Shown: piece by piece, positions 26,124 through 38,300 of the stretch
How positions within the stretch are numbered: the stretch's first letter is position 1
How the letters are laid out: every line of letters starts with the position of its first letter
Origin: Gracilinanus agilis
Taxonomy: Eukaryota
Length of the DNA stretch: 64,000 nt
Direction of reading: 5' to 3'
NCBI RefSeq assembly: GCF_016433145.1
Contig: NC_058134.1
Location: forward strand, 304,986,726-305,050,725
Notes under the pieces: generated by a model
Database searches by the model: none
The model's input: only the letters and a program-made list of their open reading frames with translations
What the model was told of the DNA's origin: nothing
Position numbers and translations under genes: made by a program

Positions 26124-27194
26124 CTCCCCAAATTTTTTTAAAAGGAAAAAATAACTAAACTGATTGATATATCAAAAAAATCCAATGTGGCGGGTGTCTT
26201 AACACCTTGGAGCTCCCACTTCTGTAGGACTCTTCTGTGTAGCTCTTCTTTGGGGCCAACTTGTTCTTTGTAGTTTGTAATCAGAGTTATTATTTCTATT
26301 GTTTTGTCGTTGTCCTTCCTGTTTCCAGTGTTGTAGTGTCTGTTGTCGTCCTGGCTCTGATTCCTTCACTTTGCATTGGTTCATGTAAATCTTCCCATGT
26401 TTCTCTGTGCTCGTCACCTTTGACATGACATGTTTCACATACCATGGCCTGTCTAGCCATCCCTCACTGTATGACTTTCACTTTGTTTCCAGTTCTTTGT
26501 GTAGGTGGAACCTCTCTCGACCATTGTCTTCCTTAGCCCTTCTGCCTAGTAATGGAATCTCTGGGTCAGGGAGCCCATTGCTCCTTGTTTTAATTCTGAA
26601 TGGCTTTCAAGAAGGACTCTAGAATTAAATCTTAAAATGAGCAGCTGGCACTTGAGGATTTAAGAATCATGCGTTCTTTCTGATGGATTGGCAAGACCAA
26701 GACATCACCAGGTTGAGCTTTCTGAGGCAGCCCAGAGCCCTAGCACCATCTCTGGTTATAGCATCACCAGAAGTCTGGTGTCGAAGATGAGGGTCCTGCC
26801 AGTTCAGGATTCTGAATAGCTTTGTGTTCCAGAGAAAAGAAGGAGTTCTGGAGGTGGTGCCCTGGACTTCAGAGTTGACAGCATGGCCTCCAGGGTCTGG
26901 GGTCACAAAACCACCCAGGTCTTTGCATTCTCAGAGGGGGTACTACCATGCCCCCAAGGAGCCTCACCCAACTTTCTTGTTCTCCCATCAATTTGATGAA
27001 CTGACCATGCCAGAGGCCCGTCTCTCCTTGTTTTCATCTGTTACCTACAGAGAGGCTTCTGAATGCCCTCATTCACAAGTGGAAGCTCCCCTTCCCCAGT
27101 GCTTGGGTAACAAGATGGTGAGAGGACTAGATAAATGTACCATCAGAACCCCAGGGTCAACCTTCGTTTTGGATGGAGAAACTAGGGTATTTTA

Positions 27195-27330
27195 GAGATC
27201 ACCTCTTCTGACCAGCTCCTTCATTTTTCAGATGAAGAAACCAAGACTCCGAGAAATAGTAACTTGCCCAAGGTCACACAGGTGGTGACTAATAACAAAT
27301 CTTGAACCTAGATCTCCTTATTCCAGATTC
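27195..27330 (-). mobile_element. MIR/CORE SINE fragment
   Basis: ttttcagatgaagaaacc...aacttgcccaaggtcacacagg is the antisense CORE motif. Confidence 0.65.
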
Positions 27331-29271
27331 GTTGGTCGTTATCTTTAAACAGTTGAAAAACCTTCATATGGAAGAATGGTTAGAATGATCCTGTTTGGCT
27401 CAAGAGAAGAGTGGACAACAGATTCAGGGTGGCAGATTTCAGCTGAACATGAGAAAAAAACTTCCCAACTCAACTCTTAAAAACTATCTAAAACTGTCTT
27501 GAGCTGTCACGAGCCTTCAAGCCAGGGCAAGAGGTAGAGAACTTCTGAGATGATGTGACTCTCCACTTTGAGGTTAATATTGTTCTTGTTTTTGAATTGA
27601 AAAATGGCTGCTAACTTGGGGGCTCAGTGTTTACTCACAGTTTTTTCTCAGTTTTTTATTGAATTTCAGTGATCATTTCTGAAGTGATTCTTTACTCTGT
27701 GTGTGAGGCCTTAGTGTGTCCTCCTGGAGCTTCTGGTTACAAAGAGCTGGAATCTAAATAGGCAGGTGGGACTCCTCTGCCTTTATTGCCTGAGAAATTC
27801 CAGAATGCAGAGACACAAGTGATGGCTAATCATAGGGGATGAGGAAACTCAATTTGAGCCTTGAAGAAAAGGGGAAGATGAGGAAGGGGGTCCGGAAAGA
27901 CTCCAAGAAAGGTGGTCCTCAGTGGTCCGTGAGGCTAAATGCAATTTTAAGCTTGGGTAGCTTTGGGGCCTCCCTCTTTTTAGTTGTTGGAACGAAGACA
28001 GCATTCCTCTGAGGAAATGCTTTTGCATCAGCAACTTGGGATCTTTGCTGACTGTCCTTAAGATATGGGACAACCTGCTCTCCCTGCTCATTTCCAGTGA
28101 ACACCTTAGGGTGGTGACAGGATTGGCCCTGGGTGTCAACAGTGAAGAAGGATTTGAATTCATGTCTAACTTGCCCCCTGACTCATTCTGTCAGAGAGGT
28201 GATGAGATTTCATTCTCCCCACTCTTAAGTGGCTGCCTCCACACATGTCAAGGACAGTTTGACCCCGGGTCCAGCAGTGACCACGCTTGTCATCAGAGGG
28301 GAGACACGGGACCCGAGAATGTGGGCTCTGTGACTCAGGAAAACTATGAGATGCAATCCGTACCCACAGGGGGGCCATCTTGTATCTTAGGGACTTGAGA
28401 CGTTGGGACCGAATCTAGCATCTCCGGAGGCGGAATTGGAGGGAGCAGTTTGTTCCAACTGCCATGAGCGTGTGGAAGCTGCATCCAGAGTCATCACCCT
28501 CCCTTGACTTTCATCTTGTCACTGGACCTTGATGACTCTGGAAGACAGAGAATTGAGGCCTACACATGACTCTGCCTCAATGAAATCCAGTTTGTGCATT
28601 AGTCCGAAGACATCACCAGGAGCACAAAGAACAACAGCTATCCAGCCAGGAACTCTAGTAAGAGGAAAGTTAAGAAGTGATTTCTATTTATTTAGAGCGA
28701 TTATTAGGAGAAACAGCAATTTCTGTTTCATTTTTTTGTGTATGTCCAAAACATTGAGAGGGCAACATGGCTCAGTAGCTAAGGAATCGGGAACTCCTAG
28801 ATTCAGGTTTGGTCTCTGACCCATCCTTGTTCTGGAACCCTGAGCCTACCTCAGGGGCTTTTGTGAGAGGTAATAGCAGCTCCTCAGGCATGGCAAGCAC
28901 AAGAGGAGGGTAACCCCAAACCACAAGGAGGCCTAGAGGAGAGACTTGGGGTACGAGATATGGCAGCACACCTCTCAATCTGCATTGGACAGCTCTGGTC
29001 AGTTTTTAAATTAGCTTTTTGTTAGGCTGGAATCAGACCTCAATATCATATGAGAGAGAGCGGAGGTTTTCCCCCTCCTCCACTGCCCGAAAATTAACTT
29101 TAAATGGCCCTCTAGGATTTACAGCACCCCGAATGGGACTGGGCAGACCTCATGTCTTATTTTTCTTTTCCAAACATTTCCTCATGCCTCTGCAGATGTT
29201 TCTTTGAGTTGGGTTAGATAAACTAGCATCTAGCCTATACTCAAAGGTTTACAGCCTAGAAAAATATGCTG

Positions 29272-29450
29272 GGAGCAGGCAGGTGGCTTAGTGGATAGAA
29301 AGCCAGGCCAAAAGATAGGAGGTCTTGAGTGCAAATCTGGCTTCAGAAACTTCGTAGCTGTGTGACCCTGGGCAAGTCACTTAACCCCCATTGCCTCGCT
29401 CTTACTACAATACACAGTATTGATTCTAAGACGTAAGGAAAGGTTTATCA
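29272..29450 (+). mobile_element. Older SINE
   Basis: ggtggcttagtggatag...gctgtgtgaccctgggcaagtcacttaacccc...aatacacagtattgattctaag. Confidence 0.85.
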
Positions 29451-30084
29451 GAAAGAAAGGAGGGAAGGGAAAATACACTGTGGCCTGTGCTATTGGCAAA
29501 GCCTGTGAGAGTACAGTTTGGCTTGTCCACCCCAGGAAGGCATCAGAACAGGACTTCACTGGGAACACTTTATGTCTGAACTGTGATCATGTGAAATGAA
29601 ATAGTTATTTGAACTGTGTTGGGTTTTCTCTTACTTTTCATAGAGTAGGTGCTCTTGGATTGATTGGTGAGCCTGGTGCCTGGGGAGGTTCTTTTTGAAG
29701 GATCCATGGAAAGACGCAGATGGTGGCCTGGGAGGGGAAGGCATGGAGGAGTGGTCATTCGCACTGGCTCCTTCCTGCTGTTATAACCATTCTGAGGCTT
29801 TTCCCATCATTCGAAGCAAAGCAAAACAAAGCACACGGGCCTGACCCTGCTGTCCCCATATCCAGTGTCTTCCCATTTTGTGGCTGGGCTCTTGGAAAAG
29901 GCTGATTTTGTGCATTTCCTCCACTTCCTCTCTCATCCCTTTGCAGTTTGGCATCAGACCTTATCATTGAACTAAACTTCTCACTAAAGTTACCTTTTTT
30001 GGTTCTCGTCCTGTTGGACCTCTCTGTGGCCTTTGCGAACCACTATCTTCTCTTGAATTCTTTTTTCTTGCTAGGGTTGTTGTT

Positions 30085-30249
30085 GTTTTTATAACCCTCA
30101 CCTTCCAACTTAGAATCAATACTGTGTATTGGTTCTAAGGCAGAAGAACAGTAAGGGCCAGGCAAGGGAGGTTAAGTGACTTGCCCAGAGTCACAAGCTG
30201 GGAAATGTTTAGACTTGGCTCTCAATCCACTGAGCCACCTTGCTGCCCT
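30085..30249 (-). mobile_element. SINE with internal deletion
   Basis: Tail and head both present. Short repeat CTTGCTAG on both flanks is a candidate TSD. Confidence 0.8.
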
Positions 30250-30329
30250 CCTCCTTGCTAGTTTTTTTTGTTTTTGTTTTTTTATTTTTATTTTGAATAT
30301 TTTCCCTTAGTTACATATTTCATGTTCTT

Positions 30330-30840
30330 TCCCTCTCTCCCACTTGCCCTGACCCTTCCTGAGGGTTCATGTTTGCCCTAACTGTATATAACTTGAGGCT
30401 CTGGCCTGGGCTCCCTTTTCTCCCTACATTCTCTTGGCAATCTCATTGATCTTTATGGAAATGATTCCCAAATGTCTATTTTCAGCCGTCAGCTCTTTGC
30501 TTCACTCCAGTCCCCTGTCACCAGCTGCCTTTTGGACACTTCAGACCTGTGTCCTGTAGACATCTCGGATTTAGCATGTCCCAAATAGAGCTCTTTATTT
30601 TGCCCCCTCTCCTCCTTTCAGCTTTCCCATTTTGGAGACTACCCATGTCCTGCCTGACTGTCATCAGCTTCCCTGCCTCGAGCCATCCTTGACATTCCCC
30701 TCCTCCCCCTGCCTGTCCATTCAAGTGCCCGGTGTAGCCTGTTCTCATCTCCACAGCGTCTCTCACATTCATCTCCTCTCCCCCATATGGCCACTTCCCT
30801 TCCCAATTTTCTCCAGAACTGTCCCTGTTGTCAACTCTTA
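30330..30840 (+). mobile_element. L2 internal fragment
   Basis: gattcccaaatgtctattttcagc...ttagcatgtcccaaatagagctc is typical of L2. Confidence 0.6.
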
Positions 30841-30849
30841 GGGCACAAG

Positions 30850-31530
30850 ATTCCTTTCCTTTCCTTTCCCACAGTTTAAGTCATTCCCCATTAAGTGGAT
30901 GTCCTTTTGGGTTCTAAATTTTAGCTAGTATAAAAAAACTGATACAACTTTTGCTTCTTTGCCTCTTTTTCCTCATTCTTTGCTCTTTGGGGAGTATAGG
31001 TCTCAGAGTAGTATTAGTTAGGTCAAAGGTCATGTACCGCCTAATAACTTTTGGGGCACTGTTTGAAATTGCTTTCTAAAATGACCGGACAGTTCCCAGC
31101 TCCACCAGCAATCTGTGCGTTCCTCTTTTCCTGAAGCCTTTCCAACATTTGTTATTTTCCCTTTTTTGTCATCCTCAAAGATAACTTGGATTTCTTCCTT
31201 TGAAAACTGTCTGTTCTTCTTACACTATCTGTTGTGGAATAATTCCTAGTCTCAGACTTTTGAATTCATTCCTCCTCTATCTTGGATATGAGACCTTTTT
31301 CAGAGAAACCTTATTATTAAGGATTTACCCACAAGTTACCAGTTTCCCACTCCATTAGATTTATTTGGGCAAAAACTCGGCCGTTTTATAGAACTAATAT
31401 CTTGCATTTTTGTTTGTTTTCCCATGATGCTGCCTATCACTTGTTTGGCCTTGAGCTCTTTCCCTGTCCCTCATTCTGTCAGGTGGTTCCTTCCTGTACT
31501 TCTCATTGCTTGTGGTATCACCTTAAATGG
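30850..31530 (-). mobile_element. Old L1 ORF2 C-terminal fragment
   Basis: Antisense L1-like gggagtataggtctcagagtagtattagttaggtcaaagg and aaattgctttctaaaatg. Confidence 0.55.
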
Positions 31531-31541
31531 GTCTTTGTCCG

Positions 31542-31766
31542 TTTTTTTTTTGTTTTGTTTTGTTTTGTTTTTAATCCCTTACCTTCCGTCCTAGAATCAG
31601 TACTATGTATGGGTTTCAAGGCAGAAGAGCAGTAAGAGCTGGACAGTGGGAGTCCATGTGACTTGCCCAGGGTCACATAGCCAGGAAGCGTCTGAGGCCA
31701 GACTTGAACCGTGGACTTCCTGCCTCTGGACTTGGCTCTCAATCTACTGAGCCACCCAGATGCCCC
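31542..31766 (-). mobile_element. SINE with (TTTTG)n tail
   Basis: Full architecture. Flanking TCTTTGTCC on both sides is a candidate TSD. Confidence 0.85.
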
Positions 31767-33869
31767 CTCTTTGTCCATTTCTTATCAAACTCCCCCCCCC
31801 CCCTTCCTTTCCCACTGCCTCTGTCTCTCTCCCCTTGGGTTTTCCACTCAATTCTTATCCCTCCACACGCTCAGACTGGCTGGCTAGAACTCCTGTTCTT
31901 GGGCTGCCTGGAGGCCTGGCTCTTCCCCAAGAAGGCCTCTACCTGGAGGCCTGGCTCTGAGCTGCCTGATTCCGGGACCGGAGGTGGGCTGGGGGCATTT
32001 GGTCCCTCCTCTTGTCGATGTCTGTCCCGTTACCTGCCGGATCTCTACTTGCCATTCTGGTTGCTTCCCGCTGGCCCTCCTTCTAGCAGCCCCTCCACGG
32101 TGTGACGCTGATGTTCTCATTCAGGGACAGTCAGCTCCCCCCGCAGACCATCTCTGTGATCTGAGACACTCTGGTCTCCCTGGCCTTTCCCCGGCCTTAA
32201 TCGGCTCCTCCTCCTCCTCCTCCCGAATCCCTGCTGCCACAGCGGCTGAGGCTGGCTGAGGGGATCGGGCCGTGCTGAGCCCCCGGGCTCTCTCTGGAGG
32301 GAGCTGGCGCAGGTCAGAAAGGAGACGTAGCCGGCAGGGGCTGGGGCACGGCTCTCCCACGCTGATGCCTCCCCTTGAGAGAGCCTGCTGGCACAGGCTC
32401 AGGGGAAAGTGATGGTTGGCATCGCAGGTCCCAGTGGGTGTTAGCCTTTGCCTTCCAGGCTTTTTTTTTTTTCTTAATCCTCCAGAAAGAAAGTCCTCTG
32501 ATCTCACCACATTGCCTGGTGTGAGGGGTTGGGGACCTCTTGTAGGGAATCAGTTACCCCAAAGAAGGCAGTGTTGGATAGCAGAAGAACCTGCATTCTT
32601 GGCCCAGGCCTTTCCCATATCAGGAGGGGCAAAGATGGCCTCTCCTTCTCCTCTCCCAGTTGTTGGTCCTGCTGATGAGAAGTATTAGGGGGCCGGGGGG
32701 GAGGTTGGAGAGAAAGGGGCAGCAAAGCTTAGCCAGAAACATGGCTCCATGCCTGAGCCTTCAGAGCCAGAGGGAGGGGGAGATGGATTAACGCAGACAT
32801 AGTCCTGGCCTCATGCAGCGTGGACGCGGCCCGCCACCACGAGAAGCACTTGTAACGTGCGCTCACGTTAGGAGGTCAGGGACTTTCCTGCAGCTCTCTG
32901 GATGCCAAACCAGCTTTTTGCCAGCTTTACCAAAGCCCTCTCCATTCTCTCCATTAACAGGCTCACCAGCTGCGTTTCCAGAACTTTTTTCAGTAGCCTT
33001 CCACAGAGGAGATCTGGGGAAAGTAGCCACTTCATCGAGATGATGCTGTGAAGTAGGGTAGCTTCCGGAGGCAGCTAATGACAGTGTGACCGGCCCGGCA
33101 GGTTAGGACAATTCTGAATTGTGCCTGTCTTTATGGCTTTGTCTCCCTCCTCGTCCTTCTCAGTTCACCTGGGCCACATAATCCAATAAGGCATCTACTG
33201 ATCCTAGGCCTCCCAGAAATCCCCAGCGAGGCTTTCTGAACGACCGGAGAGTTTGAGCTGAGACGATTGTCCACATTCAGATGTGCTTCACTCTGATCAC
33301 AGGGACCCGCTCAGCCAGCTTTTCCCGGGTGGGAAGAGCTTCCCATTGAATGGGCCTTGGTTTACTGTCTTCCTTCCAAAACCATAAGTGGGTCACCAAG
33401 CAATGTAAACTATTAAAGTATTAACATTTGGTTGTTATTGGGAAAACAAAGATGAAGCCTAGACCTGGCTCCCAGGGCCCCTTCTCAGCTTGTTGCCTCC
33501 TAGTTCAAAACGCTCACGCGCCGCAGTGGCCAGCATTGACTGCAGCCCAGGATGTTCTTTGTGAACGGGTCCTTTTTCCAGGAAATTGACAGTTTGGTCT
33601 GTGGGGACATTTACCACGTCCGTGGCCATGTTGTTGGCTTGAAGGGAGGCAACCCCTTCCCCCCAGTCTTACCTTGGGGGTAGCTGGTTAAAGAAGTGAC
33701 ATCTGTATCCATGAAAGGAGAATGTAAGGCAGTTCCTTGTGCCGAATGAACCTTCAAGTGTTGTAAGTTTACCCATTTAACTGCTTTAACAGTTAATTGT
33801 CCAATTAGAAATCAGATTAATTAATTTTGTATCCTGGCTTGTATCCTGTTAATTTTTTTAAAATGAGTC

Positions 33870-35960
33870 TTATTTGGTTAATTGTTTTTCATATGTAAAA
33901 TTCAGCTTCACTCTGTATTTAGGGTCTTTGGAGTTACTGGGAAATCCATTATTTATAGGTCAGTTTTGCAAATAAATCACATAGCTAGAATTGTTTCTTC
34001 TTTTGAGAACTGTTTATTCATATCCTTTGATCATTTATCTGTCAGGGAATGGCTATTAGTCATATTTATTTATTGTTCGTCTGTCTTGGGTACCCAATCC
34101 AATCAGAAGAATTTGATTAAAGATTTTTTTCCCCATTTGGCCACTTTGCTTCTTATGCTTTAATGTCTGTGCAGAAGTTTTGAAGTTTCAAGTTCCCTCT
34201 TGTGCTGTAAACATAATATTATGTTCATTTTGTTGTTTTGCATTCATCTGGCTCTCTTCTCTTCATCCCTGGTCTCTCTTCTCTTTTGATAATCCTCCTT
34301 TCTTTCCTTCCCTTCAACTAGTCCTGTTCCTTCATCTTAAAATTGCCCTTTTTTTTTTTCATTTTTAAGAAATATTTTATTGCTTTAAAAAAACTGCTAA
34401 CTACCATCTGAGCCTTCAGCAAGTCATAATTTTTTTGCTGATGGCTTCTTTTTTTAATGCAACAGTTAACTATTTTTTCTGGGTTATACATGTATTGTCA
34501 TGCAAAACATTTCCATATTGTTCATTTTTGTAAGTGAGATTAATCTCATAAAACAAAAGCCCCAAAATATAAACCCCAAATAAAACTAGTAAACAATCAT
34601 GTGCTTTCATGTACATTCTGACTCCAACAGTTCTTTCTGTGGAGGTGAATTGCATTCTGTCACAAGTTCCTCAGAATTATCCTGGATCATTGTATTGCCA
34701 GTAATAGCTAAGTCTGTCACAATAGATCATTCCATAATCTTGCTGTTTCTGTGTACAATGTTTTCCTGATTCTGCTTATTTCATTTTACATCAGTCCATG
34801 AGTCTTTGCAGCTCTTTCTGAAATCATTATTCATTACTCCATCACCTTCATATACTACAATTTGTTCAGCCATTCCCCAATTGATGGACAACCCTTTAAT
34901 TTCCCATTCATTGACACCACAAAAAGAGCAGCTATAAATATTTCTGTACAAGTAGGTCCTTTACCCTTTTTTTAATCCCTTTGGTAGAGACCTAGCAGTG
35001 GTATTGCTGGACCAAAAGGTGTACATTGTTTATAGCCCTTTGGGCATAGTTCCAAATTGCCCTCCAGAATGGTTGGATCAGTTCACAACTCCACCAGCAA
35101 TGCATTAATGTTCCAATTTTGCCACACCCCCTCCAACATTTATCATTTTCCTTTACTTTCTTATTGACCAATCTGATAGTCGTGAGGTGGTACACATTTC
35201 TCTAATCAAGAGGGATTTTCGAACATTTTTTCATATGATTATTGATTGCTTTGATTTCTTTATCTGAAAATTGCTGGTTCATATCCTTTGACTATTTGTC
35301 AATTAGAAGGGAATGCCTTATATTCTTATAAATTTGATATAGTTGTTTACATACTTGAGAAATGAGACCTTTATCAGAAAAATTTGTTACAAAACATTTT
35401 CCCCAGTTTGTTGTTTCCCTTCCCTTGGTTGCATTGGTTTTGTTTGTACAAAAACTTTTAAATTTTATATAATTAGAATTATTCATTTTATATCTTATAA
35501 TGTTCTCTCTTGTTTGATCATAAATTCTTCCCTTCTCCATGCATCTGACAGGTATTCTATGTTCCCCTAATTTACTTTTTTTTTTTTAAACCCTTGTACT
35601 TCGGTGTATTGTCTCATAGGTGGAAGATTGGTAAGGGTGGGCAATGGGGGTCAAGTGACTTGCCCAGGGTCACACAGCTGGGAAGTGTCTGAGGCTGGGT
35701 TTGAACCTAGGACCTCCTGTCTCTAGGCCTGACTCTCACTCCACTGAGCTACCCAGCTGCCCCCTCCTAATTTACTTATAATATCACTCTTTATGTTTAG
35801 ATCATATACCCATTTTGACTATATCTTGGTATAGGGTATGAGATATGGATCTCTACACAATTTTTGCCATACCATTTTCTAATTTTCCCAGCATTTTTTG
35901 TTAAATAGTGAGTTCTTATTCCAAAAGCTGGGGTCTTTGGCCTTATCAGATACTAGTTTG
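33870..35960 (-). mobile_element. Old L1 fragments (ORF2 3' part and 3'UTR)
   Basis: Remnant YHLTTIRLVN...CWRGCGKIGTLMHCWWSCELIQPFWRAIWNYAQRA (ORF 34992-35195) is the L1 ORF2 cysteine-rich C-terminus. Confidence 0.85.
35578..35764 (-). mobile_element. Young SINE1_Mdo-like SINE in L1 with 12-bp TSD
   Basis: Tail reads gagacaatacaccgaagtacaagggttt on the minus strand. TSD CCTAATTTACTT at 35566-35577 and 35766-35777. Confidence 0.93.
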
Positions 35961-36279
35961 CTGAGGTCACTTTAAATTGCTTTTTTGAGTATTCCTTTCC
36001 AAAAAGGCTTTCTTTCATTGTCTTCATCATCTGTTTTCTCTGTTTGCTCTTATTCGTGATCCCTATATTCTTCATGCTTATCAAAGCTCCTAAGGTATCC
36101 ATTCTAGAGTCTCCCCTCTAGGTACCTTGTAGTAGGACGCAGAGCTCCATGAATTCCCCCTTTCCATTGTTCTTCCCTTCCAGAATAATACCGGTTACTG
36201 CAGGTGCCAGGACACTGCCCAGTGGCAGGGTCCCTCCCCTCTCAGGTCCCTGGCTGTGCAGCCCACCGTCGACCTAGAT

Positions 36280-36623
36280 CAGTGATGGGAAACCTTTTGA
36301 GTTCGGTGTGTCAAAATTTGCCCAAAAATTGAGCATAACTCGCGTGGTGTGTCACTTAAGGAAAAAACCATGATTTCATGATATTTGTAGGCTAAATAAC
36401 AAACATGTACAACTGTAATATATAACTGTATTTAATAAACCAAAATAGGTAAATGAATAGAGGTAGAACCATCATCTCTAGTGCAGAGTGTCTACACTAC
36501 ACTACAGCAAACGCTTCATCCTCGGCATGCAGCCCCACACTTCTCTGTATGCGGCTGCATGTCATCGAAAATGGCCACACATGTCAGTGCGGACACACGT
36601 GTGTCATAGGGTCACCATCACTG
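36280..36623 (-). mobile_element. Non-autonomous hAT element resembling the hAT1 family, 344 bp
   Basis: TIRs CAGTGATGGGAAACCT / AGGGTCACCATCACTG. 8-bp TSD ACCTAGAT / CCCTATAT (6/8). Five subterminal (G/A)TGTCA motifs. Confidence 0.85.
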
Positions 36624-37049
36624 CCCTATATTTTGTCTTGTTGACTTTTTCCTCCCTGGAAATCTCCTTATGTCCATCCTCTTTCGCTCTTCCAAGGTGC
36701 CCCCAGAGGTACCCACTCCGTTCCGCAAAGGACAGGTCAGCTTTTTAAGCACCAAATCCCCTCAGGCCTCATCCAGGCTAAGGTGCTCATCTCCCTTCAC
36801 CCCCAGGAAAAGAATGCCTGCCTACCCTCACCTCCTTTCCCCCTCCTCTTCCTCACCCACCTCAGGGGAAGGCGCTTCTCTTTCCGAGACCCCAGAGGTC
36901 ACCATCTCCTCATTGCCAACCCTCGACTTCACCCTGGCACGTTACTCACTCCTCTGTCCCCCACCTACCACACACCCTCTAAGGCCGTAATCTGGTCCTA
37001 CAAAAAGAAGCATTTTGCCTGTTGTTAGGATCTTTCCATAATATTCCCT

Positions 37050-38300
37050 GTCTAATTTCTATCTTCCCCCCTCCCCCCAACTTGTGTATGTTTAGAAACA
37101 AGTCTTAAGTAGCCTCTCTTTTTGGACCTTCTGTTGCTCTGCATTCATTCACTCCTTCTGCATATGTATTGTTTGGGATGTTTTGGGGGGCAAATCATCT
37201 TTTCACTTCTGATTTTCTTCCTAAAAATGTTTCAAATGCTTCCTTATTATTGAACATCCTTGTTTAGTCTTGAGTGATTAAGCTCAGATGTGCAGAATGG
37301 GTCACCCTGGGCTTCATTCTGAGTTCTAGTGCTCTTTAGGACACACCATTCCATTCCCTCCTTTTTTTTGGTGGGTGTGGAATAGTCTTGTGTTATTCCC
37401 CTGTCTTTCTCCTGATGGCTTGCAGTACTGCTTATTTCTCAATTGAATTGTTAGAGTTAACCATTGTGTGTCTTGGAGTTTATAGCTTCAGATTTTTTTT
37501 CTGGACGTGATCTGTGAATTCTTTCTATTGGAATTCCATTTTCTGTGTTCTGAAGTTCGAGACAATTCTTGTCTATCATTTCCTTCATTATGATGTTGAA
37601 GGTTTTGGTCTTATGCTCTTCTGGGAGATCTAGAATGCTGTCTCCGGCATGTGTATATTTTGTTTGCACAGTAACCATTTTTTCTTTTAATGTTCTTGTT
37701 TTTGCTTCTCTTGTAAATTGTCCTTCGCCTATGGGTGTTTGCATTCCCCATCTATTATTCTTTTTTTTGTTTTTTTGGCGAAGCTTGCCATTGCAGATTC
37801 CAGTTTTTCCATCCTATTTGTTATTTTTGCTGTGCAGGCCATAAATTCTGCCCTCATAATTCTCCTTTGTTTTTTAAATTACCCAGGAACATGTCATGGT
37901 TCCATTCTCTCCTCACATTCCACAGGGTCCTCTGTCTTGTCAAGTACTAGATCATTCTCCTTTCTTTTGGATGCCTGAACTTGTTTACTAGATCCAGAGG
38001 CCATATTTCCATCTGTTGTTCCTATTTTTGCTGCTGATTTATCTGTTTATGTTCAAAATCTTGAGATGTCTTCTTCCTGAAATCTTTGGTCTTTTTTCTT
38101 CCTTATTTTCCTTTTTGCTCACTTCTGACTCCTTCCCCTCTGATTTGTGGTTTCCTTTGGGGCCAGATCTCAAAGCATCTCAGCCTCTTCCTGCACTGGC
38201 ACTGGGCAAGTCACATTCCAGCAGCCTAGTCTATGCCCCAAGTAATGTCTGGGTAGTCAGAACTGCCCCAGCTGGATGCTTGTTCTTTCTTCAGGCATGG
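37050..38300 (-). mobile_element. Old L1 ORF1 / 5' region remnant
   Basis: ORF 37457-37744 contains DLPEEH...IIMKEMIDKNCLE...IERIHRS, matching the L1 ORF1p RRM region. Confidence 0.8.
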
